Part shown: in pieces, positions 1 to 12,606 of the stretch
Layout of the letters: each line of letters opens with the position of its first letter
Position numbering within the stretch: the stretch's first letter is position 1
DNA from: a virus
Taxonomy: Duplodnaviria > Caudoviricetes
Strand: one strand, 5' to 3'
DNA: 64,000 nt
Virus record (IMG/VR): IMGVR_UViG_3300028832_000114
Coordinates: 40,465-104,464 of that record
The notes under the pieces: model-generated
Told to the model about the DNA's origin: nothing
The model's input: the letters and a program-made list of their open reading frames with translations, nothing else
The model's database searches: none
Position numbers and translations under genes: made by a program

Positions 1-1
1 T

Positions 2-721
2 CAAACAATGATGTTAGCGTTCTTATCAAATGTTAATGAAGCACATATTATATATAATAAATATGAGAACGATGAATTTGAACGCGTTATGCATGCGGCA
101 AATCTTATTAAAAACTCACCGCTTCATATAAAGAGATTACCTGACTTCAGTTTGCAAGATATTGAAAATGCAATAAAATATGGTATTCACGAATGGGGTA
201 TTAGATATGTATTCTTTGATTATCTACATACATCATTAAAAATCTTAGGTGAAGTATCATCTAAGGCAGGAATAAAGGGTTTAAGAGAAGATAATGTTCT
301 CTTTATGATAGCAATAAGATTAAAAGATTTGTGTAATGAATATGGTGTCTTTATTATGACATCAACACAGTTAAATGCAGAGTATACAACAGCACAACAA
401 TATGACCAAAACTTATTGCGTGGTGCAAAATCTATTGCAGATAAGATTGACTACGGTGCGATTATGCTACAAACTAGTCAAGAAGATAAAGAGGCATTAA
501 AGCCAATATTAGTTAAGCAAGGCTTCCCTGAACCAATTATTAAAATGTCTGTTTATAAGAATAGACGAGGACAATATAAAGACATATTATTATGGTGTAA
601 AGCAGATAGGGGTACTTGTAGAATAGAACCTATGTTTGCTACAACATATCAATATGAACTTGTTGATTTACCTGATTTAAAAATTAAGATAAATCCTAGT
701 ATGTCAGCAAGTGCATTTTAG
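2..721 (+). CDS. dnaB: Replicative DnaB-like helicase, C-terminal part (5' truncated by window)
   Basis: Motifs YVFFDYLH, TSTQLN, LRGAKSIADKID and VYKNRRG; directly upstream of the primase; ends TAG. Confidence 0.85.
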   Translation, partial: QTMMLAFLSNVNEAHIIYNKYENDEFERVMHAANLIKNSPLHIKRLPDFSLQDIENAIKYGIHEWGIRYVFFDYLHTSLKILGEVSSKAGIKGLREDNVLFMIAIRLKDLCNEYGVFIMTSTQLNAEYTTAQQYDQNLLRGAKSIADKIDYGAIMLQTSQEDKEALKPILVKQGFPEPIIKMSVYKNRRGQYKDILLWCKADRGTCRIEPMFATTYQYELVDLPDLKIKINPSMSASAF

Positions 722-738
722 GAAAGGAGAGTGCGGCA

Positions 739-1839
739 ATGGATGATAAAGAACAATTAGAGCAAATAAAAAATAATTTATCTATTGACCAGATATTTGA
801 TTTGCTTATATCTTTAGGTGCGGATCCTGTACTTAAAGATGATATAATCATGTGCCGTACAATCTGTCATGGCGGTGATAGTCATAAATTATACTATTAT
901 GATAACACAAAACTATTCCGCTGTTATACAGAATGTAGTGATACCTTCGATGTATTTCAACTCGTGGTTAAAGTACAATCGACCGGCGGCCGCACATTCT
1001 CATTACCGAAAGCTGTCAACTATATAATTAATTATTTTAATTTAAGCGTAGAAACTAAAAATTTTCCTGATGATAAGGATAAACTATCTGATTGGCAAAT
1101 TTTATACAGGTATGGCAAAAATTTAAAAGAAGAGGATAGCGAAAGAAAAATTGAGATAAAGTTTTATGATGATAAGATTTTATCATTCTTACCGCGTCCC
1201 CGCATTTTACCATGGGAGGCTGAAGGGATTAGTAAGGAAGTTATGAATTATCATAATATATGTTATAACCCTTCGTCTCAAGCAATAGTAATTCCTCACT
1301 ATGATGTTGAGGGTAGATTAGTGGGAATCAGAGAAAGAACTCTTATAAAAGAGAATGAGATCTATGGTAAATATAGACCTATGTATTTGAATAAACAAAT
1401 GTATAATCACCCGCTAGGATTTAATCTATATAATCTTAATTATAGTAAAGAAAATATAAAGCAAACTAAAAAAGCAATTATATTTGAAGGTGAAAAAAGT
1501 TGTTTATTATTTCCTAGTTATTTTGGACAAGAGAATGATATATCTGTGGCTGTATGCGGCAGCTCGTTATCTAGTTATCAAGTTCAACTATTATTAGATT
1601 TAGGAATTGAAGAAATGATTATTGCTTTTGATAAACAGTTTCAACAACTTGGTGACAAAGAGCATCAAGGTTGGGTTAAAAAATTAAAAGATATTAATAA
1701 AAAATATAGTAAATATATAAAAATTAGTTATATTTTTGACAAAGAAAATCTTTTAGGTTATAAGGATTCTCCTATCGACCGAGGTAAGGAGGTATTCTTA
1801 GAATTATTTAATAAAAGATTTAGTTTGGAGGAGGAATAA
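739..1839 (+). CDS. dnaG: DNA primase (Zn-binding N-terminus plus TOPRIM)
   Basis: CRTICH...CYTEC Zn motif, IIFEGEKS and IAFDK TOPRIM motifs; GGAG RBS. Confidence 0.85.
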   Translation: MDDKEQLEQIKNNLSIDQIFDLLISLGADPVLKDDIIMCRTICHGGDSHKLYYYDNTKLFRCYTECSDTFDVFQLVVKVQSTGGRTFSLPKAVNYIINYFNLSVETKNFPDDKDKLSDWQILYRYGKNLKEEDSERKIEIKFYDDKILSFLPRPRILPWEAEGISKEVMNYHNICYNPSSQAIVIPHYDVEGRLVGIRERTLIKENEIYGKYRPMYLNKQMYNHPLGFNLYNLNYSKENIKQTKKAIIFEGEKSCLLFPSYFGQENDISVAVCGSSLSSYQVQLLLDLGIEEMIIAFDKQFQQLGDKEHQGWVKKLKDINKKYSKYIKISYIFDKENLLGYKDSPIDRGKEVFLELFNKRFSLEEE

Positions 1840-1843
1840 AAAT

Positions 1844-2053
1844 ATGAACGATAAACTCGAGTTATGAATAAAAACTTGAGACAACCCTACGTTTACGTTC
1901 TTTGGTTGAGTAACCGAGGCGGGACAATATTCCGCTTTAAGTCAGCTTGATGAAAATCAAGTTAAAGAAGCTATTATTATAGCTCGTGGAGCCAACGACC
2001 AAATACGTATGGTTAATTATCGAGACTATGAAAACAAAGGCAAGGTGAGATAA
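1844..2053 (+). CDS. Hypothetical 69-aa protein (3 in-frame TGA=Trp)
   Basis: GGAGGA RBS; with TGA=W reads MNDKLELWIKTWDNPTFTFFGW...KGKVR-TAA and fills the dnaG-recJ gap. Confidence 0.7.
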
Positions 2054-2054
2054 A

Positions 2055-3860
2055 ATGAAATATAAATTAATTAAAGAAGTCGATCCAGCCCTAAGTCCTA
2101 TTCAGCAAATATTGTTGAATAGGGGTATTAAGTTAAGTGATATGCATCATTACTTAAATACAACAGACGCAGATATTTTGGACGCGGAGATGCTCGGTTC
2201 TGAGAGCATCAAAGCGGCCGCTGCCGCATTAATTTTAGCGATAAATAATAATTCAAAAACATTAGTATTGGTAGATTGCGATTGCGATGGTTATACATCT
2301 GCCGCAATACTTATAAATTACTTATATGATTTATTCCCTACTTTTGTAACAAATAATTTAAAATATTATTTACACGAAGATAAAACACATGGTTTATCAG
2401 ATTGTATAGATTATATAGAAAAAAATGATTTTAAATTAATTATTATCCCTGATGCTGCAAGTAATGATTATGAGTATCATCACAAACTAAAAGAAGAGGG
2501 TCGTACAATTATTATTCTAGACCACCATGAAGCACCAATGGTATCTAAAGATGCTATTGTGCTTAATAATCAATTATCAAATTATCCAAATAAACAATTA
2601 TCAGGAGCTGGTGTCGTATGGCAGTTTTGTCGTTATTTAGATAAGATACGTGGTGGACATACAGCAGATGAATATATAGATTTAGCCGCATTAGGAAATT
2701 GCGGCGACATGATGAGTTTACGCTCAATCGAGACTAAACATATTATAACCAAGGGTTTCCGCAACGAAAATATAAAGAACCCATTTATATATGGTATGGC
2801 TGAAAAGAACGCATACTCATTAGGAAATAAAATAACCCCAATAGGTGCAGCATTTTATATAGTTCCTTTTGTTAACTCAATGGTTAGAAGTGGAACTCTT
2901 GAAGAAAAAGAAATCTTATTTAAATCAATGCTTAAAAACGAAGCATTTAAAATGATATTATCTAATAAGCGTGGACATAAATTAGGTGAAGAAGAAAAAT
3001 TAGTTGACCAAGCGTTAAGAACTGCGACCAATGTAAAAAGTCGTCAAACAAGAGAACAAGATAAAGGTATGGCTTTAGTAGAAGAGCAGATAGAAAAAAA
3101 TAATATGATGCAACATAAAGTATTAATTTTCTTATTAGAACCAGGACAAATTGATCCTAATATTGCGGGATTGATAGCTAATAAAATAATGGCTAAATAT
3201 CAAAGACCCGTATTAATGCTAACAAAAGTAAAAGTATTAAATCAAAATATGATATTAACATCTAATCCACCACAACCTTATTATGATACTTATTACAGGG
3301 GTAGTGCGCGTGGATACTCTAAATCAGGAATTGAAAATTTTAAAGATATATGTCAAGAAACCGGTTTGGTAGAATACGCAGAAGGACATCAAAATGCTTT
3401 TGGTATTAGTATTTTATCATCTTATATTGATAGGTTTATAGAATTAACAGATGAAGCATTAAAAGATTTACAAAGCGAACCTTTATATTATGTTGATTAT
3501 ATTTTCAAAGGGGTTGATGTTCAACCCAATACAATTTTAGATATAGCCAATCTAAGTGATATATGGGGACAAGATATGGATGAAAGTTTAATTTGTATTG
3601 AAAACTTAAAGGTTGTAAAAGAAAATTTAACTTTGATGAGTCCTGATAAAAAGCCAACATTGAAAATAACTTTACCAAATAAGATTAGTTTAATTAAGTT
3701 TGGTAGTTCACAAGAAGAATATGATAAATTATTAACAGATGGATATATAGAATTAAATGTCGTGGGTAAATGTAATGCAAACGAATGAATGGGAAATATT
3801 ACACCACAAATACTTATTGAAGATTATGAAGTTATAGGACAAAGTAAATATAATTTTTAG
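2055..3860 (+). CDS. recJ: RecJ-like single-stranded DNA exonuclease (DHH family)
   Basis: DCDCDG, LDHH, RGSARG and GHQNAFG motifs; TGA at 3786 falls in the C-terminal N-E-W-x-G motif; true stop TAG at 3858-3860. Confidence 0.9.
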
Positions 3861-3889
3861 TTGATAAATATTTAAAAATATAATATAAT
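3861..3889 (+). promoter_or_regulatory. Sigma70/SigA-type promoter
   Basis: TTGATA-N17-TATAAT upstream of the helicase gene. Confidence 0.75.
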
Positions 3890-3912
3890 ATAAATGAAAG
3901 TGAGGGCAGCAG

Positions 3913-5115
3913 ATGATTCAATTAAACGATAAACAACTTGAAGGTTTAAATCTTGCAGTAGCCAGATATAGAGATGGTGAAAAGACTACTATTATATCAG
4001 GTTATGCGGGAACTGGAAAGTCAACCTTAGTTAAATTTATTATTGCCGCCCTAAATAATGACGGTATTGATCCAGATAAAGATGTTGTATATACATCGTT
4101 CACTGGTAAAGCAACTCAAGTATTACAAAAAAAAGGAAATAAAAATGTTAGTACATTGCACAAACTATTATATGAGTATTTTCCTAGAGCAGATGGCACA
4201 TTCTTTAGGAAACCAGTATTAGATATACCATATAAAATTGTTATTGTAGATGAATGTAGTATGGTGCCTAAAGAATTATTAATGCAACTTGCAAAATATA
4301 AAGTTCATATAATTTGTTTAGGAGATCCAGGCCAATTGCCGCCAATAAATAAAGATGAAGATAATCATTTACTTGACAATCCACACGTATTTCTAAATGA
4401 GATTATGCGTCAAGAAGAACAAAGTGAAATAATAAAACTTACTATGGATGTCAGAGCAGGAAAACCTTTAAATCATTTTATTGGAAAAGAAGTTCAAATA
4501 TTAGATAAAGATGAGCTTACAACAGGTATGTTAATGTGGGCAGACCAAATTATTTGTTCTACCAATGCAACAAGAATAGCATTAAATAAACAAATGAGGG
4601 CTTTATTAGGTCGCTGTGATAATCCTGAAGATGGAGATAAAGTAATTTGTCTTCGTAATTATTGAGATATATTAAGCGAAGATAAATCACCACTTGTAAA
4701 TGGAACAATTGGAACATTAAAAAATAGTTTTGAAAGTTTCTTTAAATTACCTGGATATATTACAAATTATAGAATATCACAGATACCAACTGTTCTTGCA
4801 ACTTTTGCATCAGATGATGGTATAACTACATTTAATAATTTAACAATGGATAAAAAAATGATTTTAGAGGGTGAACCAACATTAACTTCTAAAGAAAATT
4901 TTAAATTAAGTAAAAATAAAAAATATGTAAATAGTATTCCATTAAGTTTTACTTATGGATATGCCATTACTTGCCACAAAGCACAAGGTAGTGAATGGGA
5001 TAATGTACTTGTTATTGAAGAAGGCTTTCCTTTTGATAAACAAGAACATATTAAATGATTATATACAGCCGCAACTAGGGCTGCTAAAAAACTAGTTATA
5101 ATAAGAAAGATATAG
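3913..5115 (+). CDS. RecD/Dda-like SF1B helicase (2 in-frame TGA=Trp)
   Basis: GYAGTGKS Walker A, VDECSM, GDPGQLPP, YAITCHKAQGSEW, and K-W(TGA)-LYTAATRA motif VI; joins ORFs 3913-4665 and 4846-5058 in one frame. Confidence 0.9.
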
Positions 5116-5127
5116 GAGGAATAATTA

Positions 5128-5418
5128 ATGAATAATAAGTATACAGTGCAAGGAGTTATGAATGACAGATGAGTTATTTGGTATAAAGATTTAAAGAAAA
5201 AAGGTAATAAAATAGGTGTTTATAAAATAATTGATTTAAATGATGGCAAAAAGACAGCAAGATTTGCAGTAAGATATAAACCAAGAGAGAATCAAACTCA
5301 AGAAGTTTCAGATTCATTAATTATATCTAACTGTATTGCAAATTTTTATAAACATTCTTACACAAATCCAAGAGTAAGATCTAGGGGCGGAAGACGCAGT
5401 TCATTCGTTTCAGGATAG
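5128..5418 (+). CDS. Hypothetical 96-aa basic protein (1 TGA)
   Basis: GGAGGA RBS; open with TGA=W to TAG at 5416-5418. Confidence 0.65.
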
Positions 5419-5426
5419 GCGGCCGC

Positions 5427-5894
5427 ATGAAACTTAGGTTATCTTACTTTTATCAAATAAGAAATTTTAAACCTAATATGATACCAATGTCAACTGCAAT
5501 GTCAGATCCAGCCTGGTATCATGATTTTAAAGACTCAACTCATATCTTCACAGATAAACGAGGAATATTAAATGGACTTAGGTTACTCCCTATTATAGTT
5601 CAAAATGCAAATGGTGAAGTTCACTGTCCATGCGAACATAGAGATGCAACTAGATGTCCACTAGCTCATGATTATGAGGCGGCTCTTGAAAAAGTAGACC
5701 TCCCTAAATTAATGAAAGGCGTAAAATCATTTTGTGATGATTACTGCCAACAAAATAAAATTAAAGAAGAGCCTATTGCAGTATTAATGGTATATGAAGC
5801 ACCTAATAATCCTTGCAGTGAAAGATATAGTTTATTAAAATATTTTAATTCACACGGAATTGAATGTAAAGAACTAGACTACCCTATAGAGTAG
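5427..5894 (+). CDS. Hypothetical protein, DUF488-like
   Basis: N-terminal SYF and C-terminal LMVYE..NNPCSER resemble the DUF488 LxCxE...CHR motif. Confidence 0.45.
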   Translation: MKLRLSYFYQIRNFKPNMIPMSTAMSDPAWYHDFKDSTHIFTDKRGILNGLRLLPIIVQNANGEVHCPCEHRDATRCPLAHDYEAALEKVDLPKLMKGVKSFCDDYCQQNKIKEEPIAVLMVYEAPNNPCSERYSLLKYFNSHGIECKELDYPIE

Positions 5895-5899
5895 TCTAT

Positions 5900-5930
5900 T
5901 TGATTTTTATTTAATTTTTTAGTATAATAT
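5900..5930 (+). promoter_or_regulatory. Possible SigA-type promoter for dnaE
   Basis: TTGATT, then TATATAAT starting 17 nt later. Confidence 0.5.
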
Positions 5931-5960
5931 AAATATATAGGTATGAAAGGAAGGGAAGAT

Positions 5961-8900
5961 ATGAGTAATAGATTTGAAGTTCATAGTCATACAATGTATA
6001 GTAATTTAAGACTTTTAGATAGTATTAACCGTCCGAAAGATTTAATTAATAAAGCAATTGAATTAGGATTAGCTGGTATAGCAATCACAGATCATGAGTG
6101 TATAAGTTCTCATCCTGAAATAAATTTTTATCAAACAGAAGTTCAAAAAGAACATCCTGATTTTAAAATAGCATTAGGAAATGAAATATATTTAACTGAC
6201 ACAAGAGATAGTGGTCAAAGATATTATCACTTTATTTTAATAGCAAAAAATAAAATAGGTCATCGCGCATTAAGAGAATTATCTTCAAGAGCGTGGATGA
6301 ATAGTTATTGGAATCGAGGTCTTGAACGTGTTCCAACATTAAAAGATGATTTAGAAGAAATATTAAAAAAGTATCCGAATAGTTTAATTGGAACAACAGC
6401 ATGTTTAGGTGGGGAATTAAGTATTAATACATTAGAATTAATAAAATGTGAAAAAACTAATGATAAAGATGGTGCGGCAGTTGCACATAATAATATAGTA
6501 AAATTTTTGTTATGGTGCAAAAATGTATTTGGAGATAATAATTTTTATATTGAATGTGCTCCTGGTACAAGTCGTGAACAAATCTTAGTTAATAAAAGAT
6601 TTCCCGCAATTGCAAAAGCATTTGGATTAAAAATGGTTATTGGAACAGATGCACATTATCTTAAAAAAGAAGATAGATATGTTCATAAAGCATATCTTAA
6701 TAGTAAGTTTGGAGAGCGTGAAGTAGATGAGTTCTATGAATTTGCATATCTTCAAAATAACGAAGAAATAATAGAACATTTAAAAGCATCTGATTTTAGT
6801 AATGAATTTATAGATGAAATGTTTCAAAATAGTTATGAAATATATGCAAAGATAGAAAATTATAATTTAGCTCATGCGCAAACAATCCCTCATGTTGAAG
6901 TAGAAGATTATCCTATTATAGAGATTGAATCAGAAGAATTTTTAGATAAGTATCCAGTTTTATCTGATATGTTTCAATCAAATGATCAAATAGAAAGATA
7001 TTGGGTAAACAAATGTTCAAATAAATTAAGAAAATTGGGTTTAAGAAATGAAACTTATCTAAGTAGATTAGAAGAAGAGGCGGATATTAAAAGAACAATT
7101 AGTGAAAAATTAGGAACTAATATGTTTGCATATCCAGTTACACTTCAACATTATGTAGATTTATTTTGGAATTGTGGAAGTATAGTAGGAGCTGGTCGTG
7201 GTTCAAGTTGTTCAGGTTTAAATCATTATTTATTAGGTATAACTCAACTTGATCCGATACAATGGAATCTTCCATTCTGGAGATATTTAAATAAAGAGCG
7301 TGTTGAGTTAGGTGATATAGATTTAGATTTATGTCCAAGTAAGCGTCCTAAGATTTTAAATGAAATTAAAAAAGAAAGAGGACAAAATTTTAAGGCGGAA
7401 ATAGATGATTTAAGTAGAAAGAATCTTGGTTGTACATTAATAGCAACATTTGGTACAGAGGGTACAAGATCAACAATATTAACTGCATGTCGTGGTTATA
7501 GGAATGAAGAGTATCCAGATGGTATAGATGTTGATACAGCACAATATTTATCATCATTAATCCCAAGTGAACGTGGGTTCTTATGGCCGCTTAATGATGT
7601 TATTAATGGTGATGAAGAAAAAGGTAGAAAGCCAATTAAAACATTTATAAATGAAGTAAATATGTTTCCTGGATTATTAGATATAATGTCTGGTATTGAA
7701 GGTTTAGTAAATAAAAGAAGTAGTCATGCTTCAGGAGTTATCTTATTTGATGAAGATCCATATGAGTTTGGTGCATTTATGAGAACTCCAAAAGGAGAAA
7801 TTATCACAGCGTATGATTTGCATATGTGTGAAGCATGTGGTATGACGAAATATGACTTCTTAGTAACAGAAGTTCAAGATAAATTAACAGAAGCAATTAA
7901 AATGTTGCAAGATTATGGAGAAATTGAAAGTGATTTAACATTAAGAGAAGTATATGATAAATATTTTCACCCAAATGTTCTTCCTATTGAAGATAATAAA
8001 TATTGGAAAGTATTGCAAGATAATAGTGTTTTAAATATCTTTCAGTTTGATAGTGATGTTGGAGGTCAAGCCGCAAAAAAGATTAAGCCAACAAATATAA
8101 TGGAAATGGCGGATGCAAATGGTTTGATGAGATTAATGACTGCGGAAAAAGGTCAAGAAACTCCAATGGAAAAATATATAAGATTTAAGAATAATATAAA
8201 TTTATGGTATAGAGAAATGGACTCATATGGTCTAACAAAAGAAGAACAAAAAGTATTAGAGCCATATTTTAAGAGTTCACATGGTGTTCCTCCAAGCCAA
8301 GAGCAGTTAATGAGAATGTTAATGGATGAAAAGATTTGTAACTTTACTCTTGCGGAAGCGAATGCCGCACGTAAGATAGTTGGTAAGAAACAAATGAATA
8401 AGATCCCCGCATTAAGACAACAGGTATTAGATCAAGCGTCAAGTCCATGTATGGGTAATTATATATGGAAGTGTGGTGTTGGTCCGCAGATGGGATATTC
8501 ATTTAGTATCATTCACGCGTTAGCATATAGTTTCATTGGTTTTCAAACAATGTATATAGCGACAAGATGGAATCCGATATATTGGAACACAGCGTGTTTA
8601 ATAGTTAATAGCGGAAGTCTTGAAGAAGATAGTGATTTTGAAGAAGACGAGGATGGATATATAGTTGAGAAAAAAGAAAAATCAACAGATTATAGTAAAA
8701 TAGCAAAAGCGTTAGGAGATATAATTAATAAAGGAATTAAAGTTAGTTTAGTTGATATAAATAGGTCAGATTATAGTTTTCAACCAGATGTAGATAATAA
8801 TGAAATATTATTTGGTATGAAAGCATTAAATAATGTTGGCGGTCCGATTATTGAACAAATAAAAGCAAGTCGTCCTTATGCGGGAATCGCAGATTTTATG

Positions 8901-9914
8901 GCAAAGTGTCCGTTGAATAAGAGTGCAATGATTAGTTTAATTAAGGCGGGTGCATTTGATAAAGTAGATAGAGATAATGCGGCGGCCGCAGGTGTAGAAC
9001 CACGAATCTGGACAATGGTATATTATTTAAGTAAGGTTTGTGAAGCAAAGAAAAGATTAACCTTACAAAACTTTAATGGTCTATTGCAACACGAACTTAT
9101 TCCTCAAGAATTAGATTTTCAAAAAAGAACTTTTGTATTTAATAAATATTTAAAAGCAAATCAAAAAGTTGGAAAATATTATGTATTTAATCCATCTTGC
9201 GAAGAGTTTTATAATAAGTTTTTTGATGCTGACCAGTTAGAAGTAATAAATGGTTTAACTTGTATTCTTCAAACAAGATGGGATAAGATTTATCAAGATG
9301 TTATGGCGGAAGCCCGCACATGGTTACAAGAACATCAAGAAGAAATGTTAAAGAAATTTAATATGATATTATTTAAAGAATATTGGGATAAATATGCACA
9401 AGGAAATATTTCTGCGTGGGAAATGGAATCATTATGTTTCTATTATCATGAACACGAGTTAGCACATGTTAATACATATAAATATGGAATTGCAAATTTC
9501 TTTGATTTGCCAACAGAACCTCCTATTGATTCAATGTTTAAGAGAAATGGTAAAGACATTCCAATCTATCAAACATTTAAAATAATAGGAACAGTAATTA
9601 ATAAAAATGATGTAAAAAGTTCAATCACAATATTAACGACAAAAGGTATCGTAACTGTCAAATTTACAAAAGAATATTATGCAATGTATAATCGTCAGTT
9701 AAGCGAAATCCAAGAAGATGGAACAAAAAAGATAACTGAAAAAGGTTGGTTCACAAGAGGAACAAAAGTTATGATAACTGGGTTTAGAAGAGATGATATG
9801 TTTGTTGCAAAAAGTTATACAAAAACACAAACACATCAATTATATAAAATATTAGAAGTAGATGGCGGCAATATGAAACTCGAACATGAAAGAAAAACAG
9901 CCGCAGAAGAATAG
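5961..9914 (+). CDS. dnaE: DNA polymerase III alpha subunit (family C, PHP domain)
   Basis: HSHTMYS/AITDH PHP motifs, GRGSS, DIDLD, SHASGV and YSFSIIHA; start placed at the GGAAG RBS; no TGA codons. Confidence 0.95.
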   Translation: MSNRFEVHSHTMYSNLRLLDSINRPKDLINKAIELGLAGIAITDHECISSHPEINFYQTEVQKEHPDFKIALGNEIYLTDTRDSGQRYYHFILIAKNKIGHRALRELSSRAWMNSYWNRGLERVPTLKDDLEEILKKYPNSLIGTTACLGGELSINTLELIKCEKTNDKDGAAVAHNNIVKFLLWCKNVFGDNNFYIECAPGTSREQILVNKRFPAIAKAFGLKMVIGTDAHYLKKEDRYVHKAYLNSKFGEREVDEFYEFAYLQNNEEIIEHLKASDFSNEFIDEMFQNSYEIYAKIENYNLAHAQTIPHVEVEDYPIIEIESEEFLDKYPVLSDMFQSNDQIERYWVNKCSNKLRKLGLRNETYLSRLEEEADIKRTISEKLGTNMFAYPVTLQHYVDLFWNCGSIVGAGRGSSCSGLNHYLLGITQLDPIQWNLPFWRYLNKERVELGDIDLDLCPSKRPKILNEIKKERGQNFKAEIDDLSRKNLGCTLIATFGTEGTRSTILTACRGYRNEEYPDGIDVDTAQYLSSLIPSERGFLWPLNDVINGDEEKGRKPIKTFINEVNMFPGLLDIMSGIEGLVNKRSSHASGVILFDEDPYEFGAFMRTPKGEIITAYDLHMCEACGMTKYDFLVTEVQDKLTEAIKMLQDYGEIESDLTLREVYDKYFHPNVLPIEDNKYWKVLQDNSVLNIFQFDSDVGGQAAKKIKPTNIMEMADANGLMRLMTAEKGQETPMEKYIRFKNNINLWYREMDSYGLTKEEQKVLEPYFKSSHGVPPSQEQLMRMLMDEKICNFTLAEANAARKIVGKKQMNKIPALRQQVLDQASSPCMGNYIWKCGVGPQMGYSFSIIHALAYSFIGFQTMYIATRWNPIYWNTACLIVNSGSLEEDSDFEEDEDGYIVEKKEKSTDYSKIAKALGDIINKGIKVSLVDINRSDYSFQPDVDNNEILFGMKALNNVGGPIIEQIKASRPYAGIADFMAKCPLNKSAMISLIKAGAFDKVDRDNAAAAGVEPRIWTMVYYLSKVCEAKKRLTLQNFNGLLQHELIPQELDFQKRTFVFNKYLKANQKVGKYYVFNPSCEEFYNKFFDADQLEVINGLTCILQTRWDKIYQDVMAEARTWLQEHQEEMLKKFNMILFKEYWDKYAQGNISAWEMESLCFYYHEHELAHVNTYKYGIANFFDLPTEPPIDSMFKRNGKDIPIYQTFKIIGTVINKNDVKSSITILTTKGIVTVKFTKEYYAMYNRQLSEIQEDGTKKITEKGWFTRGTKVMITGFRRDDMFVAKSYTKTQTHQLYKILEVDGGNMKLEHERKTAAEE

Positions 9915-9922
9915 GAGAATAT

Positions 9923-10276
9923 ATGAAAAAAATAATTGAACATGGTTTTATGAGTTATATGGAAACTACCTGTCCATACTGCGGTTGTAAGTTTTCATTT
10001 GAATGGGAAGATGTAATTAGCCCAACATGAGGTCCTACTTGAAGATATGATAATACAAATATTACAGTTAGTGGTTGTTGTATTACTACAGGAACGGCTC
10101 AAAATTATGAAATTTTCTGCCCTGAATGCAAAAGAAAATTTCCTATTTTAAACTGGTCTTTCTCATATCCTAGAGGTAATTGTCCTTTTACTTATAGTGG
10201 AGAATGGAAAAATACATCTGTAACAAAATGTGACACAGAATGTACGTGTCATAAGTGTTCAGACAAAAATGATTAA
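9923..10276 (+). CDS. Cys-rich zinc-ribbon protein (2 TGA)
   Basis: GGAG RBS; CPYC...CPEC pair plus C-terminal CxxxCxCxxC; open only with TGA=W. Confidence 0.7.
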
Positions 10277-10350
10277 TCATATTAAGCAAAAATTAAAATT
10301 GTCATAGAGGTTAAAATCCTTGAAATAATTTAAATACTAAGGAGGAGACT

Positions 10351-12606
10351 ATGAAAGTCATTAAACGTGATGGTCGCTTGGTTGTTTTTGACCCAGCGAA
10401 AATCGAGAGAGCTATTCTCGCAGCATTCGAGGATGTAGATGGTGAAATATCTGACTACGCTAAAGATAAAGCTGAAAATATAGCAAGTTATATTGAAGGA
10501 TATTATTTAGATGTTGATGAAACACCTAATATTGAAGATATCCAAGACCTAGTAGAAAAAGGTCTAATGGCAACAAAAAGAAAAGATGTTGCAAAAGCCT
10601 ATATTTTATATAGGGAAGAAAGAAATAAAATTAGAAATTCCAATAGCCAATTAATGAAGGCTATTAAGGAAAAGATTGAAGCATCAGATGTTCAAAATCA
10701 AAATGCTAATATTGATGAATATTCTTTCGGCGGCCGTATGGGTGAAGCCCGCAGTGAGTTAATGAAAGATTATGCATTAAATTATTTAGTATCTGATATG
10801 GCAAGAGAAAATCATTTAAATAATGAAATTTATATTCATGATTTAGATGCTTATGCTGTTGGTATGCATAACTGTTTAACCATTCCTTTTGATAAACTAT
10901 TAGCAGAAGGATTTAACACAAGACAAACAGATGTTAGACCAGCTCGTTCAATTAACACAGCATTTCAATTAGTTGCAGTTTTATTTCAATTACAATCACT
11001 TCAACAATTTGGAGGAGTTAGCGCAAGTCATTTAGATTGAACTATGGTTCCATATGTTCGTATGTCATTTAGAAAACATTGGATTAATGGTGTAAAATAT
11101 ATTGAAGATAAAGTTAATGAAATTCCTGTTCAATATTTACCAGAAGAAACATCTATTGAAGATGAAGATTATCAAATGTTTCCAAGAGCATATCAATATG
11201 CAATGGATATGACAACAAAAGAACTTATGCAAGCTGTTCAAGGTATGTATCATAATCTAAATACACTACAATCTAGAAGTGGAAATCAATTACCTTTTAC
11301 TTCTATTAACTATGGTACTTGTACTTTACCTGAAGGTAGAATGGTTACAAAAGCATTATTAGAAGGCTCTATTGAAGGTGTAGGAAAAGTTAGAAAAACT
11401 CCTATATTCCCATGCGGTATATTCCAATGTATGAAAGGTGTTAATCGTAAACCTGGAGACCCTAACTATGATTTATTTAAGTTAGCATTAAAATCAACAG
11501 CTCAAAGATTATATCCTAATTATGTTAATATAGATTGGTCTACTAACGCGGGATATGATATTAACGATCCTAAAACATATGTTTCAACTATGGGTTGTAG
11601 AACTTATAATGGTGCGGATATTAATGCTGAACCTGGCACAAATCCTCAAACTAAGGACGGCCGCGGCAATATATGTCCAGTTACTATTGTAATGCCAACA
11701 TTAGCTATGGAAGCTAAAGAAGAAGCTGAAAGATTTAGAGAGGGAGCAGATGTATATTTTGATAAAATTGAATTATTTATGACGCTATTAGATAAAAAAA
11801 TCCATGAAGCTAGAGATATGTTAGTTGAAAGATATAAATGGATTATTAGTCAAAATCCTGAATCTGCAAAATTTATGTATGAAAATGGATTAATGCTTGG
11901 CTATGATGGTAAGACAGTTGAAAGTGCTATGAAACATGGAACTCTTGTAATAGGTCAAATTGGTATGGCTGAAACATTACAAATTTTAATTGGTTGCGAC
12001 CATACAGAACCTAGAGGAATGGAATTAGCAAAAAGAATTGAACAATTATTTAAAGATAGATGTGCTGAATTTAAAAAAGAATTACACTTAAATATTGGTG
12101 TTTATTATACACCTGCTGAAAATATGTGTTATACATCTATGAAAAAATTTAGAAAAAAATATGGAATTATTCCTAATGTAAGTGATAGAGATTATTTCAC
12201 AAATAGTATTCATGTTCCTGTATGGAAAGAAATGAGTCCATTTGAAAAAATTGATATTGAAAGTCAATTAACTGGATATAGTAATGCAGGATGTATTACT
12301 TATGTAGAATTAGAGGGCGGAGTTAAAAATAATTTAGACGCTCTTGAAACTATTGTTAACTATGCTATGGATAAAGATATTCCATATTTCGCAATAAATG
12401 TTCCAAATGATATATGTTTAGATTGTGGCTATACTGATGAATTCAATGATAAATGTCCAATGTGCGGAAGCACGCATATTCAACAACTTAGACGTGTTAC
12501 TGGATATTTAACAGGAGATTATAAAACAGCATTTAATAAAGGTAAACAACAAGAAACTGAACAAAGATATAAACATAGTAAAAAATTGGAGAACTGGCAT
12601 GATTAG
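10351..12606 (+). CDS. nrdD: Anaerobic (class III) ribonucleotide reductase with ATP cone
   Basis: VIKRDG ATP cone, IYIHDLD, MGCR, TPAE, CxxC...CPMC and RRVTGYL glycyl-radical motif; a single TGA at 11038 gives SHLD-W-TMVPY. Confidence 0.95.

Noticed and set aside
11038-11044. Split nrdD suggesting an intron or intein
   Set aside because: The break is a single in-frame TGA at a conserved Trp with no intervening sequence.
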